Positions 33,089 through 42,925 of a stretch of DNA of 64,000 nt are shown piece by piece. The position numbers and the translations under genes were made by a program. The DNA is taken from the NCBI GenBank assembly GCA_963733195.1, contig CAVTCR010000056.1, forward strand, positions 32,001-96,000, read 5' to 3'. Origin of the DNA: an uncultured delta proteobacterium (GTDB taxonomy: Bacteria > Desulfobacterota > Binatia > Bin18). The stretch's first letter is position 1. Every line of letters begins with the position of its first letter. Under the pieces are notes generated by a model. It saw only the letters and a program-made list of their open reading frames with translations. It was not told where the DNA came from and ran no database searches.

Positions 33089-34759
33089 ATGAGTAATACC
33101 AGCGACGTGGCCAAGGCATACAAGGAATGGGACGAGAAAGTTGTGCAAAAAGCGCTTCCTCGGTCTCCTGAACGGAAGAAACGGTTTGAGACAACTTCAG
33201 GGATTGAGATCAAACGGGTGTATACCTCTGAGGACACCGCTACGCTGGATTACCAAAAATCTCTCGACTTCCCTGGGCAATATCCCTTCACTCGTGGTGT
33301 GCAACCGACCATGTATCGTGGTCGTTTCTGGACGATGCGACAGTATGCCGGTTTTGGTACAGCAGAAGAATCTAATAAGCGTTATCGGTATCTCTTAGAA
33401 CAAGGGCAAACTGGATTGTCAGTTGCGTTCGACCTTCCCACCCAGATGGGCCGCGATTCTGATCATATCCTGGCAGCAGGTGAAGTCGGTCGCGCTGGAG
33501 TAGCGATCGACTCGCTCGCAGACATGGAAACCCTGCTCCAGGGGATTCCGCTTGATAAAGTCAGTACGTCAATGACGATTAACGCGACTGCCTCGATTCT
33601 GTTGGCATTATATCTGGCGGTTGCTGAGAAACAGGGAGTGACGTGGGATAAAGTTAACGGCACGATTCAGAACGATCTGTTGAAAGAGTATATGGCACGA
33701 GGGACTTATATCTACCCAGCGACGCCGTCGCTCAGAATTATCACCGATATTTTCGCCTTCTGTACCGACCAAGTGCCGAACTGGAATACCATCTCTATTT
33801 CCGGCTACCACATTCGCGAGGCGGGTTCGACCGCAGCCCAAGAGATTGCCTTCACACTGGCCGATGGCATTGCTTATGTCGAGGCGGCGGTTTCGGCAGG
33901 ACTCGATGTCGACAAATTCGCTTCGCGCCTTTCCTTCTTCTTCAATGTCCACAACAATTTCTTCGAGGAGATTGCCAAGTTTCGCGCCGCGCGTCGGTTA
34001 TGGGCGAAGATTATGAGGGAACGCTTCAAAGCGAAGGACCCACGTTCGTGGATGCTGCGTACACATGCGCAAACTGCGGGATCAACGCTCACCGCGCAGC
34101 AGCCAGATAACAACATCATGCGTGTCACCTTGCAGGCCCTGGCGGCCGTGCTGGGCGGGACAAACTCGCTGCATACGAACTCCAAAGACGAAGCCCTGGC
34201 ATTGCCGACGGAAGAGGCAGTACGGATCGCCTTACGAACACAGCAAGTAATCGCCTACGAATCTGGCGCAGCAGATACGATTGATCCAATGGCGGGGTCG
34301 TATTTTGTTGAATCACTTACCGATCAGCTAGAAGCCAAGGCGGTTGAGTATATCGAACGTATCGACAAGTTAGGTGGTGCGGTCAAAGGCATCGAAGCGG
34401 GATACCAACAGCGCGAGATTCATGAGGCAGCGTTCCGCTATCAACAGGCAGTCGAAAGCAGAGATCAGGTTATCGTTGGCGTCAATGATTTCACTATTGA
34501 AGAAGATAACCAGGGTGAACTCTTGAAAGTCGACCAAGCCTTGGAAGAACAACAGAAGAAGAAACTCGCCGCAGTGCGAGCCGAGCGCAATCAAGCCGCA
34601 GCGAAAGCGGCGATCGACAAGGTCGAAGCAACAGCGCGGAATGGTGAGAACCTCATGCCAGTGATTGTCGATGCCGTACGTGTGTATGCCACACTCGGTG
34701 AAATTTCTGATGCCATGCGTAAGGTATTTGGTGAATACCGTGCGCCATCCTTCTTATAA
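33089..34759 (+). CDS. methylmalonyl-CoA mutase, substrate-binding (large) subunit
   Basis: [36 protein letters not shown]; no B12-binding domain. Confidence 0.93.
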   Translation: MSNTSDVAKAYKEWDEKVVQKALPRSPERKKRFETTSGIEIKRVYTSEDTATLDYQKSLDFPGQYPFTRGVQPTMYRGRFWTMRQYAGFGTAEESNKRYRYLLEQGQTGLSVAFDLPTQMGRDSDHILAAGEVGRAGVAIDSLADMETLLQGIPLDKVSTSMTINATASILLALYLAVAEKQGVTWDKVNGTIQNDLLKEYMARGTYIYPATPSLRIITDIFAFCTDQVPNWNTISISGYHIREAGSTAAQEIAFTLADGIAYVEAAVSAGLDVDKFASRLSFFFNVHNNFFEEIAKFRAARRLWAKIMRERFKAKDPRSWMLRTHAQTAGSTLTAQQPDNNIMRVTLQALAAVLGGTNSLHTNSKDEALALPTEEAVRIALRTQQVIAYESGAADTIDPMAGSYFVESLTDQLEAKAVEYIERIDKLGGAVKGIEAGYQQREIHEAAFRYQQAVESRDQVIVGVNDFTIEEDNQGELLKVDQALEEQQKKKLAAVRAERNQAAAKAAIDKVEATARNGENLMPVIVDAVRVYATLGEISDAMRKVFGEYRAPSFL

Positions 34760-34787
34760 GTAGATAAGAACCTTGGGGATTGTTCCG

Positions 34788-34820
34788 TAGGGGTACGGTG
34801 TGCCGTACCCCTATTTTTTT
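34788..34820 (+). terminator. REP-type hairpin with U-tract (putative intrinsic terminator)
   Basis: TAGGGGTACGG-TGTG-CCGTACCCCTA followed by a T run. Confidence 0.6.
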
Positions 34821-34866
34821 GCTACGATTACATAAACCACCGCAATGCATAAGGTGAGGGGGCACT

Positions 34867-36081
34867 GTGACCGACGCTGTTGAGTTCAATCCTTTTGATC
34901 CAGAGTTTCGTGTAAATCCCTATCCTTTTTATCATCGACTTCGCGCTGCAGACCCGGTGCACTGGAGTGACATTGCAGGCCGCTGGGTACTGACCCGCCA
35001 TGCTGATTGCATAGCTGTGCTGCGCGATGCCATACGGTTTAGCGCCGATCCCTACAAATGGGAGGCATTTGAGGAATTTATCCAGACGCAGGGAGGCGGA
35101 GATGGGCCTCTCCTACGAATGCAGACTAACTGGATGCTGATGAAAGACCCACCGGATCACACTCGGTTACGTACGATCGTCACCAAAGCGTTCACCCCAC
35201 GTGTAGCAGAAGGGATGCGGCCACGTATTCAAGCAATCGTCGATGGACTCCTCGATCAGGCGCAAGCTGCTGGGAAGATGGATCTTATTGCGGACTTTGC
35301 CTATCCGCTGCCCACAGTAGTGATTTGCGAGATGCTCGGGGTGCCAGTAGAAGAACAAGAGCAGTTCAAGGTATGGACACGGGATCTGGCCCGGAGCCTC
35401 GATCCGATTATCACTCCAGAAATTATCGACGCCGCTAACCAAGCGACTGTGGCTTTCTATGAATATTTTCGCGGACTCATCGCCAAGCGTCGCCAAAATC
35501 TCCAGAACGACTTACTTAGTGGTCTTATCGCTGCAGAGGAACAAGGTGATCGATTAAATGAAGAAGAGTTGGTGGCAACAGCGATCTTGTTGCTCGGTGC
35601 TGGACACGAGACAACCATGAATCTGATTGGCAACGGCATGCTCGCTCTGCTGCGCCACTCCGATGAATTCGCCCGATTGAAAGTGGACTCTTCGATCATT
35701 CCGAGTGCCATAGAGGAATTTCTCCGCTATGACGGTTCAGTGCAAATGACTGCGCGTACCGCTTTGGTCGATGTCGAGATTGGCGGCAAAGTGATTCCCA
35801 AAGGGACACAAGCCATCATCCTGCTTGGTGCGGCAAACCGCGATCCTGAGGTGTTTCCTGAACCTGATCGTCTCGACATTACTCGCAAGGACAACAAGCA
35901 CATTGTTTTCAGTTACGGGATTCACCATTGCCTTGGAGCGCCACTAGCCCGTGTCGAAGCGCAAGTCGCCTTCGCTACGCTTCTTCGTCGCATGCCGAAT
36001 CTCCGACTTGCGACTGAAAATTTGGAATGGCGGGACACCGTAACGTTGCGGGGACTCAAGTCACTGCCCGTCGCCTTCTAG
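34867..36081 (+). CDS. cytochrome P450 (CYP107/BioI-like)
   Basis: DPPDHTRLR, AGHETT, EEFLRY, FSYGIHHCLG heme motif. Confidence 0.95.
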   Translation: MTDAVEFNPFDPEFRVNPYPFYHRLRAADPVHWSDIAGRWVLTRHADCIAVLRDAIRFSADPYKWEAFEEFIQTQGGGDGPLLRMQTNWMLMKDPPDHTRLRTIVTKAFTPRVAEGMRPRIQAIVDGLLDQAQAAGKMDLIADFAYPLPTVVICEMLGVPVEEQEQFKVWTRDLARSLDPIITPEIIDAANQATVAFYEYFRGLIAKRRQNLQNDLLSGLIAAEEQGDRLNEEELVATAILLLGAGHETTMNLIGNGMLALLRHSDEFARLKVDSSIIPSAIEEFLRYDGSVQMTARTALVDVEIGGKVIPKGTQAIILLGAANRDPEVFPEPDRLDITRKDNKHIVFSYGIHHCLGAPLARVEAQVAFATLLRRMPNLRLATENLEWRDTVTLRGLKSLPVAF

Positions 36082-36211
36082 ACGAATGAAGAATGAAAAG
36101 TGCAGAGTGAAGAATGAAGAATTGACACAAAGATAAAAACTCTTCCTTCTTAACTCTTCACTTCCTCCATGCTACTGTCCCGCCCATTCGGAGAGTATCA
36201 GGAGGGACATA

Positions 36212-37294
36212 ATGAAGGGCAAAATCGCTTACATTCCGCAAGCCCGCACTATTGAGTTTCACGAATTTGATTTGCCAGAGGTCGAACCTGGCGCCATTCT
36301 TGCCCAGGTGAGCCGTACAAACATCTGCGGCTCGGAAGTTCACATGTGGCGTGGTGAGTTCGGCAAACGTGGAGTGATGCCCGGTCACGAGATGGTCGGT
36401 CGGGTGTATAAACTCGGCAAAGGGGTCACGACAGATACTGCTGGGCAACCGCTGAAAGAAGGCGACCGCATTGCCCCAGTGTACTATCGTACCTGTGGTC
36501 TGTGCGCCAACTGCCGTGATGGTAACGCTGCTGCTTGCCTGACAATGGGTATTCGTGCTCGGCGTTTAGTGCCACAAGATCCGCCACACTTTCACACGCC
36601 TTTTGGCACCCACTATTACATCCAGCCCGGACAACATGTGTACAAGGTGCCGGATAATGTCCCTGATCATGCTGCGTCGTCAGCGAACTGCGCCTTGTCG
36701 CAGGTATTCTTCGCCCTTGACCGTGGTAACTTGCGTTACGAGGAGACCTTGGTCGTACAAGGCGCGGGTGGACTCGGACTCCATGCAATGACCGTAGCGA
36801 AAGCGCGGGGCGCACGGGTAATTGCAATTGATGGCGTTGACCTGCGTCTGAAACGCGCGAAAGCATTCGGTGCGGATGAACTTATCGATATGCGGACCTT
36901 TTCGACTCCAGAAGCACGAGTCGGAAGAGTGCGTGAACTGACTAATGGTCTCGGTGCAGACGTGGTTCTCGAAGTTGCCGGGATTCCCGAGGCGTTTCTT
37001 GAAGCAATTAACCTCGTTCGTAACGGTGGAAGAGTTTTGGAGCTTGGCAATATTTCTCCCGGTCTGACGATTACGCTTCCTCCCTCATTTATCACTTTTA
37101 AGTCCATCTCCATTATTGGCGTTGCAACCTATAATCCACACTATCTGCAGAAATCATTGAACTTCTTATCTGGGCACATCAACAAGTATCCGTACCACGA
37201 GCTGGTTGACGCGGTGTTTCCGCTAGAGAAATCCGCCGAAGCGATGGACAAATCTGATCGCAAAGAGATTACACGCGCAGCGATTGAGCCGTGA
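36212..37294 (+). CDS. zinc-binding alcohol dehydrogenase (MDR family)
   Basis: ICGSEVH, GHE, CxxCxxC zinc site, QGAGGLG. Confidence 0.93.
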   Translation: MKGKIAYIPQARTIEFHEFDLPEVEPGAILAQVSRTNICGSEVHMWRGEFGKRGVMPGHEMVGRVYKLGKGVTTDTAGQPLKEGDRIAPVYYRTCGLCANCRDGNAAACLTMGIRARRLVPQDPPHFHTPFGTHYYIQPGQHVYKVPDNVPDHAASSANCALSQVFFALDRGNLRYEETLVVQGAGGLGLHAMTVAKARGARVIAIDGVDLRLKRAKAFGADELIDMRTFSTPEARVGRVRELTNGLGADVVLEVAGIPEAFLEAINLVRNGGRVLELGNISPGLTITLPPSFITFKSISIIGVATYNPHYLQKSLNFLSGHINKYPYHELVDAVFPLEKSAEAMDKSDRKEITRAAIEP

Positions 37295-37384
37295 GGAAGT
37301 AGTCAGGAGTTAGTAGAAAAGGAGTCACTGTAGGGCGGGCTGTGCCCGCCATCGTGGCTGACCCAACAGGTGATGGAGGAACAA

Positions 37385-37762
37385 ATGAAAGACACATTGA
37401 AACCAGGGATGGGACACGAGAGGATTATTACCACGACGCCAGAGATGGGCATTTCACACATGGGGCCAGGTGTTCCGAGTATGTATTCCACGCCGGCAAT
37501 GATCATGCTGATGGAAGGAACGTGTGTTGAGTTTCTGACGCCGCACATGGATGCAGGAGAGCAAACAGTCGGCTTCCATGTCGACGTAAAACATCTCGCT
37601 CCAACAAAGATCGGACAAAAAGTGAGGGGGAAAGTTACCCTGGATGAAATCAAAGGCCGCCGTTTGCTGTTTACTGTCGAAGCCTTCAATGAAGACGGGA
37701 CCAAGGTTGGTGAGGGAACGCACGAACGGGCAGTGGTGAAGATCAGTAAGTTTGCGGGATAG
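37385..37762 (+). CDS. FlK-like hotdog thioesterase
   Basis: YSTPAMIMLME, TVG, HLAPT, GTHER. Confidence 0.9.
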   Translation: MKDTLKPGMGHERIITTTPEMGISHMGPGVPSMYSTPAMIMLMEGTCVEFLTPHMDAGEQTVGFHVDVKHLAPTKIGQKVRGKVTLDEIKGRRLLFTVEAFNEDGTKVGEGTHERAVVKISKFAG

Positions 37763-38088
37763 TGAAGCGGGAGATGAATACTGGTCTCTGAGTCATGCCA
37801 CATGAACTTTGACAAGCACGTTCGGTAATACTTGGATCCCTGGTTTCAGGTTCCCTCTCCCCCATCGGGAGAGGGACAGGGTGAGGGAGAGCGACGGCGC
37901 GGGTACAAATTGTGACCAGCAAATCTCACTAGCTACGCGCTCAAGATAACTGGTCGATACGCCAGATGGTGGTAGCTAATCGCTCCATCCCATTTTGCCG
38001 AGCGGAAATTCGTGCGGCATTCCACTCAGCGTTTTCTTCCGCCAGTTTTCGTGTAGTGACAAACTCGCTGGTCTGATAGACTGCACGT

Positions 38089-38370
38089 TTGTCGGCGAAA
38101 CTGTTGTTGCCCATCAATACATATCAGAGGAAATCCCTCTGGATGATACTGTATCAAGCAGAAGCAGCTAGATACTGGACAATGATTGAGAAGAAGAAGG
38201 AAAGCGTCAATCAGTGGGAGCTGCCCACCTTGGAGCTCACGGAGAAACCAATAATTTGTCAGTCTCCAATCGTAGCGGACACGGAGGAGCTTAGCTCGAT
38301 GGATAGTCTCTCGCATGTATGCCCTGCAGAGAGTCGTTCGGACGTTGGGCTGCAGAATGTTGCAGCCTAA
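38089..38370 (+). CDS. hypothetical, probable cassette ORF remnant
   Basis: Stop TAA lies inside GCCTAAC, an R''-like attC inverse core. Confidence 0.4.
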   Translation: MSAKLLLPINTYQRKSLWMILYQAEAARYWTMIEKKKESVNQWELPTLELTEKPIICQSPIVADTEELSSMDSLSHVCPAESRSDVGLQNVAA

Positions 38371-38520
38371 CAAGAGTCAAGTCACGCTTGCAAGGACGAC
38401 AACAAAAGTAGTACAGGATGAAGAGTTTTTGTGATCACGTTGTGAGATGGCGTAGCTGTGATGGACTGCACGGCTGCGCGGCACTCCCAAGAAATTTCGG
38501 CAGCCCATATAGCGTTAGCG
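38365..38520 (+). other. degenerate attC region
   Basis: GCCTAAC at 38365; ATGGACTGC/GCAGCCCAT stem; GTTAGCG core at 38514. Confidence 0.45.
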
Positions 38521-38563
38521 TGCGCCTGCGTAGCTTTTGCGACAATAACAAGATGAGATTCCA

Positions 38564-39226
38564 ATGGAAATGCTCTGGTTAGCCATACCTCTTGTAGCGT
38601 GGATTCTCTTCGTACTCTACCGTCAGGAGAGGCGGCGAAGTCTCCTCCAGCAAATTGAAGAGAAAAGCCGGGGCACTCCGTAACACTCTCAAGCAAAACT
38701 TCCTCGTTCAACCCTTCCCTCGCTGTCATGGTTCACCATGCGACTGAATTTATCCATGTTCGCTCTGTTCACTGCGACTCGATCGAATTTGCTTCGTTCT
38801 AATAACTCCTAATTATGCCTTGCGCTTGTGCGAGTAGTTCACTACCAATGTACTCACTGTAATAAGAAAATGCGTGCGGCAGCAGGAACCCCCAATGCTC
38901 CACAAATACTCACCCTTTTGAATGGTTTTACCGAACTCGTCAATCAATACAACGAAATCACAAGATCATCCCCGATTACTGGAACCGTGGAGTTTACAAC
39001 ACCCCCCGCGCCGCTACCATATGAGCAAACCAGTCGGACACCGATACCGGAAGCAGTGCGAAGTGAAGTCTGGCGCCGTGATGGAGGGCGTTGTGTGAAA
39101 TGCAGTTCAAAGGAAAACTTACAGTTTGACCACATCATTCCGGTAGCGCGCGGAGGTGCGACTTCAGCGCAGAATCTTCAACTGCTTTGCCAACAATGCA
39201 ATCGAGTCAAAGGTACAAGAATCTAG
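38564..39226 (+). CDS. TM + zinc-finger-like + HNH endonuclease cassette gene (5' part frameshifted)
   Basis: MEMLWLAIPLVAWILFV TM segment; CTHC; RDGGRCVKC..FDHIIPVARGG...NLQLLCQQCN HNH. Confidence 0.8.
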
Positions 39227-39248
39227 AGGCTTCAGGGGGAAAAGGCGC

Positions 39249-39971
39249 AGCTAAATCGGGTAAGGGCGGTCATTGCTGACCACCCTCCCCACACCACCTA
39301 GCATGCGGGTCCGCACTAGGCGGTTCAGGCAGGATGGGAAGCGAGAGAGATCTCGCTCAAGGCTGGGTCGATGACCCTCCGCCGCAGCGCCGTTGCCCGG
39401 TACGGGCCTGGCTCTGTCGAGGCGGTCATCCCTCCGCCTTGTCCTCCCTGTTCGGTCCTTCGCGGTCGGCCTCGGAAGAGGCCGACCGCTACTATGCCCG
39501 CGGCTGACTTCTGCTCCGGGCTCAAAGAGGATTACTCCTCCCCGCAGTCAATTTCCGTGGCACGCCACTTCCCAGGACACGGAGCAGATCTCCCCGGATA
39601 AGACCGTGAGTGGTCGTTGCACAAGCGCGGCATTTACCCGATCCCCCGATTCACAGGACTTCGTTGTGTTGTGCCAACTCGTCCCGGGGAAGTGAGCCTT
39701 CTATGCCGTTCGTGTTCCTCGCCTCGCAACGCGGTCGCCGGCTTCCTTCAGACCCCACCTCGCGGTGACGCCCTTGCCTTGGACTTGTAGTTATCCTCAT
39801 GTATCCTGCGATTCATGAAGGTGAACCTCCTACAGGGGACTTGCACCCCCACACTCACGCCCATGCCGGGCGTACACCAACTCGTTCCACCGCATCGCCG
39901 CCCGTTAGCGACTCTGAATGAACTCTGAATGGCTACGTTTGGGCGGCTCGCGGTGACCGCGAGCGTTAGCG
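39249..39971 (+). other. attC site interrupted by a group II intron
   Basis: Removing the intron gives GCAGCTAACCAACTCGTTCCACCGC...GCGGTGACCGCGAGCGTTAGC; homologous to the attC at 50416-50514. Confidence 0.85.
39254..39875 (-). mobile_element. ORF-less (internally deleted) group IIC-attC intron
   Basis: 5' end GTACGCCCGGCATGGGCG; domain V GAACCGCCTAGTGCGGACCCGCATGCTAGGTGGTGT; domain VI ending CCCGATT; no RT ORF. Confidence 0.88.
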
Positions 39972-40123
39972 TACACGCATGACGATCGCTATCTCTATGA
40001 ACGTTGGGCTTGATGTTCGTTAGCGGTCGGTATCTGAACGTATCCACTTCCCTGAAGCGTAGATGTCTCGGTTGCTCGTTTGTGGGTGGCATAGCCATGA
40101 CAAAACAGTCAGTTTGTTTGTCT

Positions 40124-41287
40124 TCATAACGGCTCCGTACCTTCGTTGAGAATTGCCAGATAGTGATCGTAAGCGAATACACGATTGCGTCGGTGTCCGG
40201 TTAACTCTCGGGCAATGCCGAGTTCGAGAAGACCCTTGATGCCTTTCGTCGTAGTGGGAAAGGAGATGTTCGCGCGCCGGGCGACGTCATTTAATGTGAT
40301 AATAGGTCGTTCGCAGAGGGTATTGAACACATGCAAGGCGCTTGCACCTGCACGTCCGAGCGAATGCACGCGATCGCGATCTTCTTTGAATAACCCTACC
40401 AGACGCTGGGCGGTGCGTACTGCATTTGATGCGGTATCTTCCACCCCTTCTAGAAAGAAGTCCAACCATACTTCCCAGTCCCCTTCTGTACGCACCAAAT
40501 CGAGCAGGCGATAGTATTCGAGCCGGTGTTGCTTGAAGTAGAGGCTCAGATAAAGCAACGGCGAGGAGAGCACGCCGCCATTGTGCAGAATGAAAGCGAT
40601 CAGCAGGCGGCCTATACGACCGTTCCCATCAAGAAACGGATGGATCGTTTCGAACTGAACATGCGCCAGGGCAGTTTTGACCAGCGTAGGATAAGGCGAA
40701 TGTTCGTCATGAATGAATCGCTCTAGCGCTGCCATGCAGTCTTCGACTTGGGCGGGTGGTGGTGGAACGAAGTGGGCATTGCCTGGACGTGTACCACCGA
40801 TCCAATTCTGCGTACGGCGGAATTCACCAGGAGACTTCTCACTCCCTCGGCCACGTGAGAGCAACACTGCGTGCATTTCCCGGATGAGCCGGTTGGAAAG
40901 CGGAAAGTTGTCACGCAACCGGGCCATGCCATGCTCTAGCGCGGCGACATAGCCCGAGACTTCCACTACGTCGTCGAAGGGTACCCCGGGCGCCTCTTCT
41001 AGTTCGAAGAGTAGCAAATCTGCGAGCGAGGACTGGGTCCCTTCGATTTGTGAAGAAAGCACTGCCTCGCGGCGGATATAGGTGTACAGGAAAGTGTTTG
41101 GGTCTGGCAGCAGTAACGTGATGCTGTCCAGCCGCCCGAGGGCGAGTGTTGCCCGCTCCAATAGCCGTTGGCGAGCGTTGGAAAAATCCATAGGCGGGTC
41201 CGGCGGCAAAGGATGCGGAATAAAAGCCCGAATCTGTTCACCACCTGCACTGGTGATTTCGTATTGGCCTGTGTTTCCTCGTCGCAT
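40124..41287 (-). CDS. Fic family protein (Fic N-terminal domain, C-terminal HTH)
   Basis: EAVLSSQIEGT, HPFLDGNGRIGR Fic motif. Confidence 0.95.
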   Translation of the reverse strand: MRRGNTGQYEITSAGGEQIRAFIPHPLPPDPPMDFSNARQRLLERATLALGRLDSITLLLPDPNTFLYTYIRREAVLSSQIEGTQSSLADLLLFELEEAPGVPFDDVVEVSGYVAALEHGMARLRDNFPLSNRLIREMHAVLLSRGRGSEKSPGEFRRTQNWIGGTRPGNAHFVPPPPAQVEDCMAALERFIHDEHSPYPTLVKTALAHVQFETIHPFLDGNGRIGRLLIAFILHNGGVLSSPLLYLSLYFKQHRLEYYRLLDLVRTEGDWEVWLDFFLEGVEDTASNAVRTAQRLVGLFKEDRDRVHSLGRAGASALHVFNTLCERPIITLNDVARRANISFPTTTKGIKGLLELGIARELTGHRRNRVFAYDHYLAILNEGTEPL

Positions 41288-41298
41288 CGATCCTTTTC

Positions 41299-41322
41299 CT
41301 TATTTAACGATCGTTAAATAAG
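41299..41322. promoter_or_regulatory. perfect 24 bp palindrome upstream of fic (putative operator)
   Basis: CTTATTTAACGATCGTTAAATAAG. Confidence 0.55.
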
Positions 41323-41372
41323 ATATTTCCTTATTAAAAGAAAAGCAGGAAACGTTTAATAAAAAATCTCAC

Positions 41373-41717
41373 TTATCGCACTTTCGCCCCTGCCGCGATT
41401 GGCTTTTCTGGACTCAAGACGATGACTTTCTCCCCGTCGGATGCAGCGAGTAACATCCCCTGACTTTCGACGCCACGAAGCATCGCCGGTTGTAGATTTG
41501 CGACTACCACAATTTGTTTGCCAATCAGATCTTCTGGTGCGTAATGCGCACGAATGCCAGCAACCAACTGGCGCTCTTCGGTGCCAAGATCAATTTTTAA
41601 CACCAACAAACGATCCGCTTTCGGATGTGGTTCCGCTGCTTTCACGGTAGCTACGCGTAGTTCGACTTTACTGAATTCATCAATAGTGATTTTTGTCGTT
41701 CCTTCAGGCGTTTCCAT
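41373..41717 (-). CDS. tRNA-binding OB-fold protein (MetRS beta subunit/CsaA-like)
   Basis: ITIDEFSKVELRV, HPKADRL, NLQPAMLRGVESQGMLLA. Confidence 0.92.
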   Translation of the reverse strand: METPEGTTKITIDEFSKVELRVATVKAAEPHPKADRLLVLKIDLGTEERQLVAGIRAHYAPEDLIGKQIVVVANLQPAMLRGVESQGMLLAASDGEKVIVLSPEKPIAAGAKVR

Positions 41718-41803
41718 TTAACTAGCTCCTCTAACAGTTTCGTGTCACTATAACTGCGACATGGGGAGTAGTCAGCATTCAGTGCCAGATAGGAGAGGAA
41801 AAA

Positions 41804-42821
41804 ATGCCTGAACCTTTGAAAGCAGAAATGCCAATTTTGATGGAGATCCTTGGTGGTGCCGATCGTGCGGCGCTTTTGCTCGGCGCGGCGCAACTCGACT
41901 TATTTTCTCCGCTGGGAACTGGCCCCGCTACTGCGGCTGATGTCGCAAAACACACTAGCCTGCCGTTGCGAGGTGTCGTACGTGTGCTCAATGCATGTGC
42001 AGCCCTTGGTTTTGTCACCAAAGAAGGTGAGCGTTACCGGAACTCTCCCTTGGCTGACACTTTTCTTGTCAAAGGTAAACCAGGATACGTTGGTGGCATG
42101 ATTAACCAGACCGCAGATCGTTATGCGGCCTGGAGCAAAATGCCTGAAGCGGTACGAACCGATAAACCGGTCTTGCCGTTGACGGGAGCGGAACTGTTTA
42201 ACGCTCCACCTGAAGTACTCGATAACTATGTCCACGGCCTCTTCGATATGGGCAAAGGCCTGGCTCAACGTATTAGTGGTCTAGTGGATCTCAGCTCGTG
42301 TCGCTCTTTACTCGATGTGGCAGGTGGTTCGGGGGTGTATTCGATTCTCTTCTGTCGTCAGTTGCCGCAACTCAAAGCCACGATTTTTGAACTACCGCCG
42401 ATTCTCCAACGGGCGCGACAAATTATTGCACGTGAGGGGATGACGGAGCGAGTCAGTACACGGGAAGGAAATTACTTTACTGATGATTTCGGCTCGGGCT
42501 GGGATGCGATTCTGTTGTCCAATATGTTGCAAACCGAAGGCCGACAGACGTGTCACATGGTGCTGAAAAAAGCCTTTGCCGCGCTCAATCCGGGTGGTAA
42601 GTTATTGGTTCACGGCATTATGCCTGATGTCGATCGTATCAGCCCAGCGCAACCAGTTTTGTTCTCGGTGTTTATGATGTTAGTCTTCCCCGAAGGTGAG
42701 GCGTATCCAGCAGAGGAGATCATTGATTGGGCGCAAGAGACGGGATTTGTCGAAGGGCAGAAAATTGCTACTTCCTCCTCCGGCGTTTTCCTCATTGGTT
42801 GTGGCGCGGAAGCCGGGGTAG
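41804..42821 (+). CDS. SAM-dependent O-methyltransferase with dimerisation domain (3' frameshift)
   Basis: LLDVAGGSG, GNYF, LNPGG; the alternative frame ends VVARKPG*. Confidence 0.88.
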
Positions 42822-42886
42822 AAACACAACTCTCGACGGTAGGGATTATGGTCGAACGTCGAGGTCGGATAACAACGTGATTTGGT

Positions 42887-42917
42887 AGGGCAGGCGTTGA
42901 AAACCTGCCCTTTTTTT
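42887..42917 (+). terminator. putative intrinsic terminator
   Basis: AGGGCAGG...CCTGCCCT stem followed by a T run. Confidence 0.6.
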
Positions 42918-42925
42918 CTTGTCCT

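Noticed and set aside
37850-37890. CCCTCTCCC...GGGAGAGGG..GGGTGAGGG hairpin as an ncRNA
   Set aside because: It resembles a common intergenic palindromic repeat; there is no evidence for a distinct RNA gene.
39325-40182. ORFs 39325..39525, 39371..39601, 39393..39695 and 39748..40182
   Set aside because: They overlap intron RNA domains and the attC; no RT (YADD) motif.
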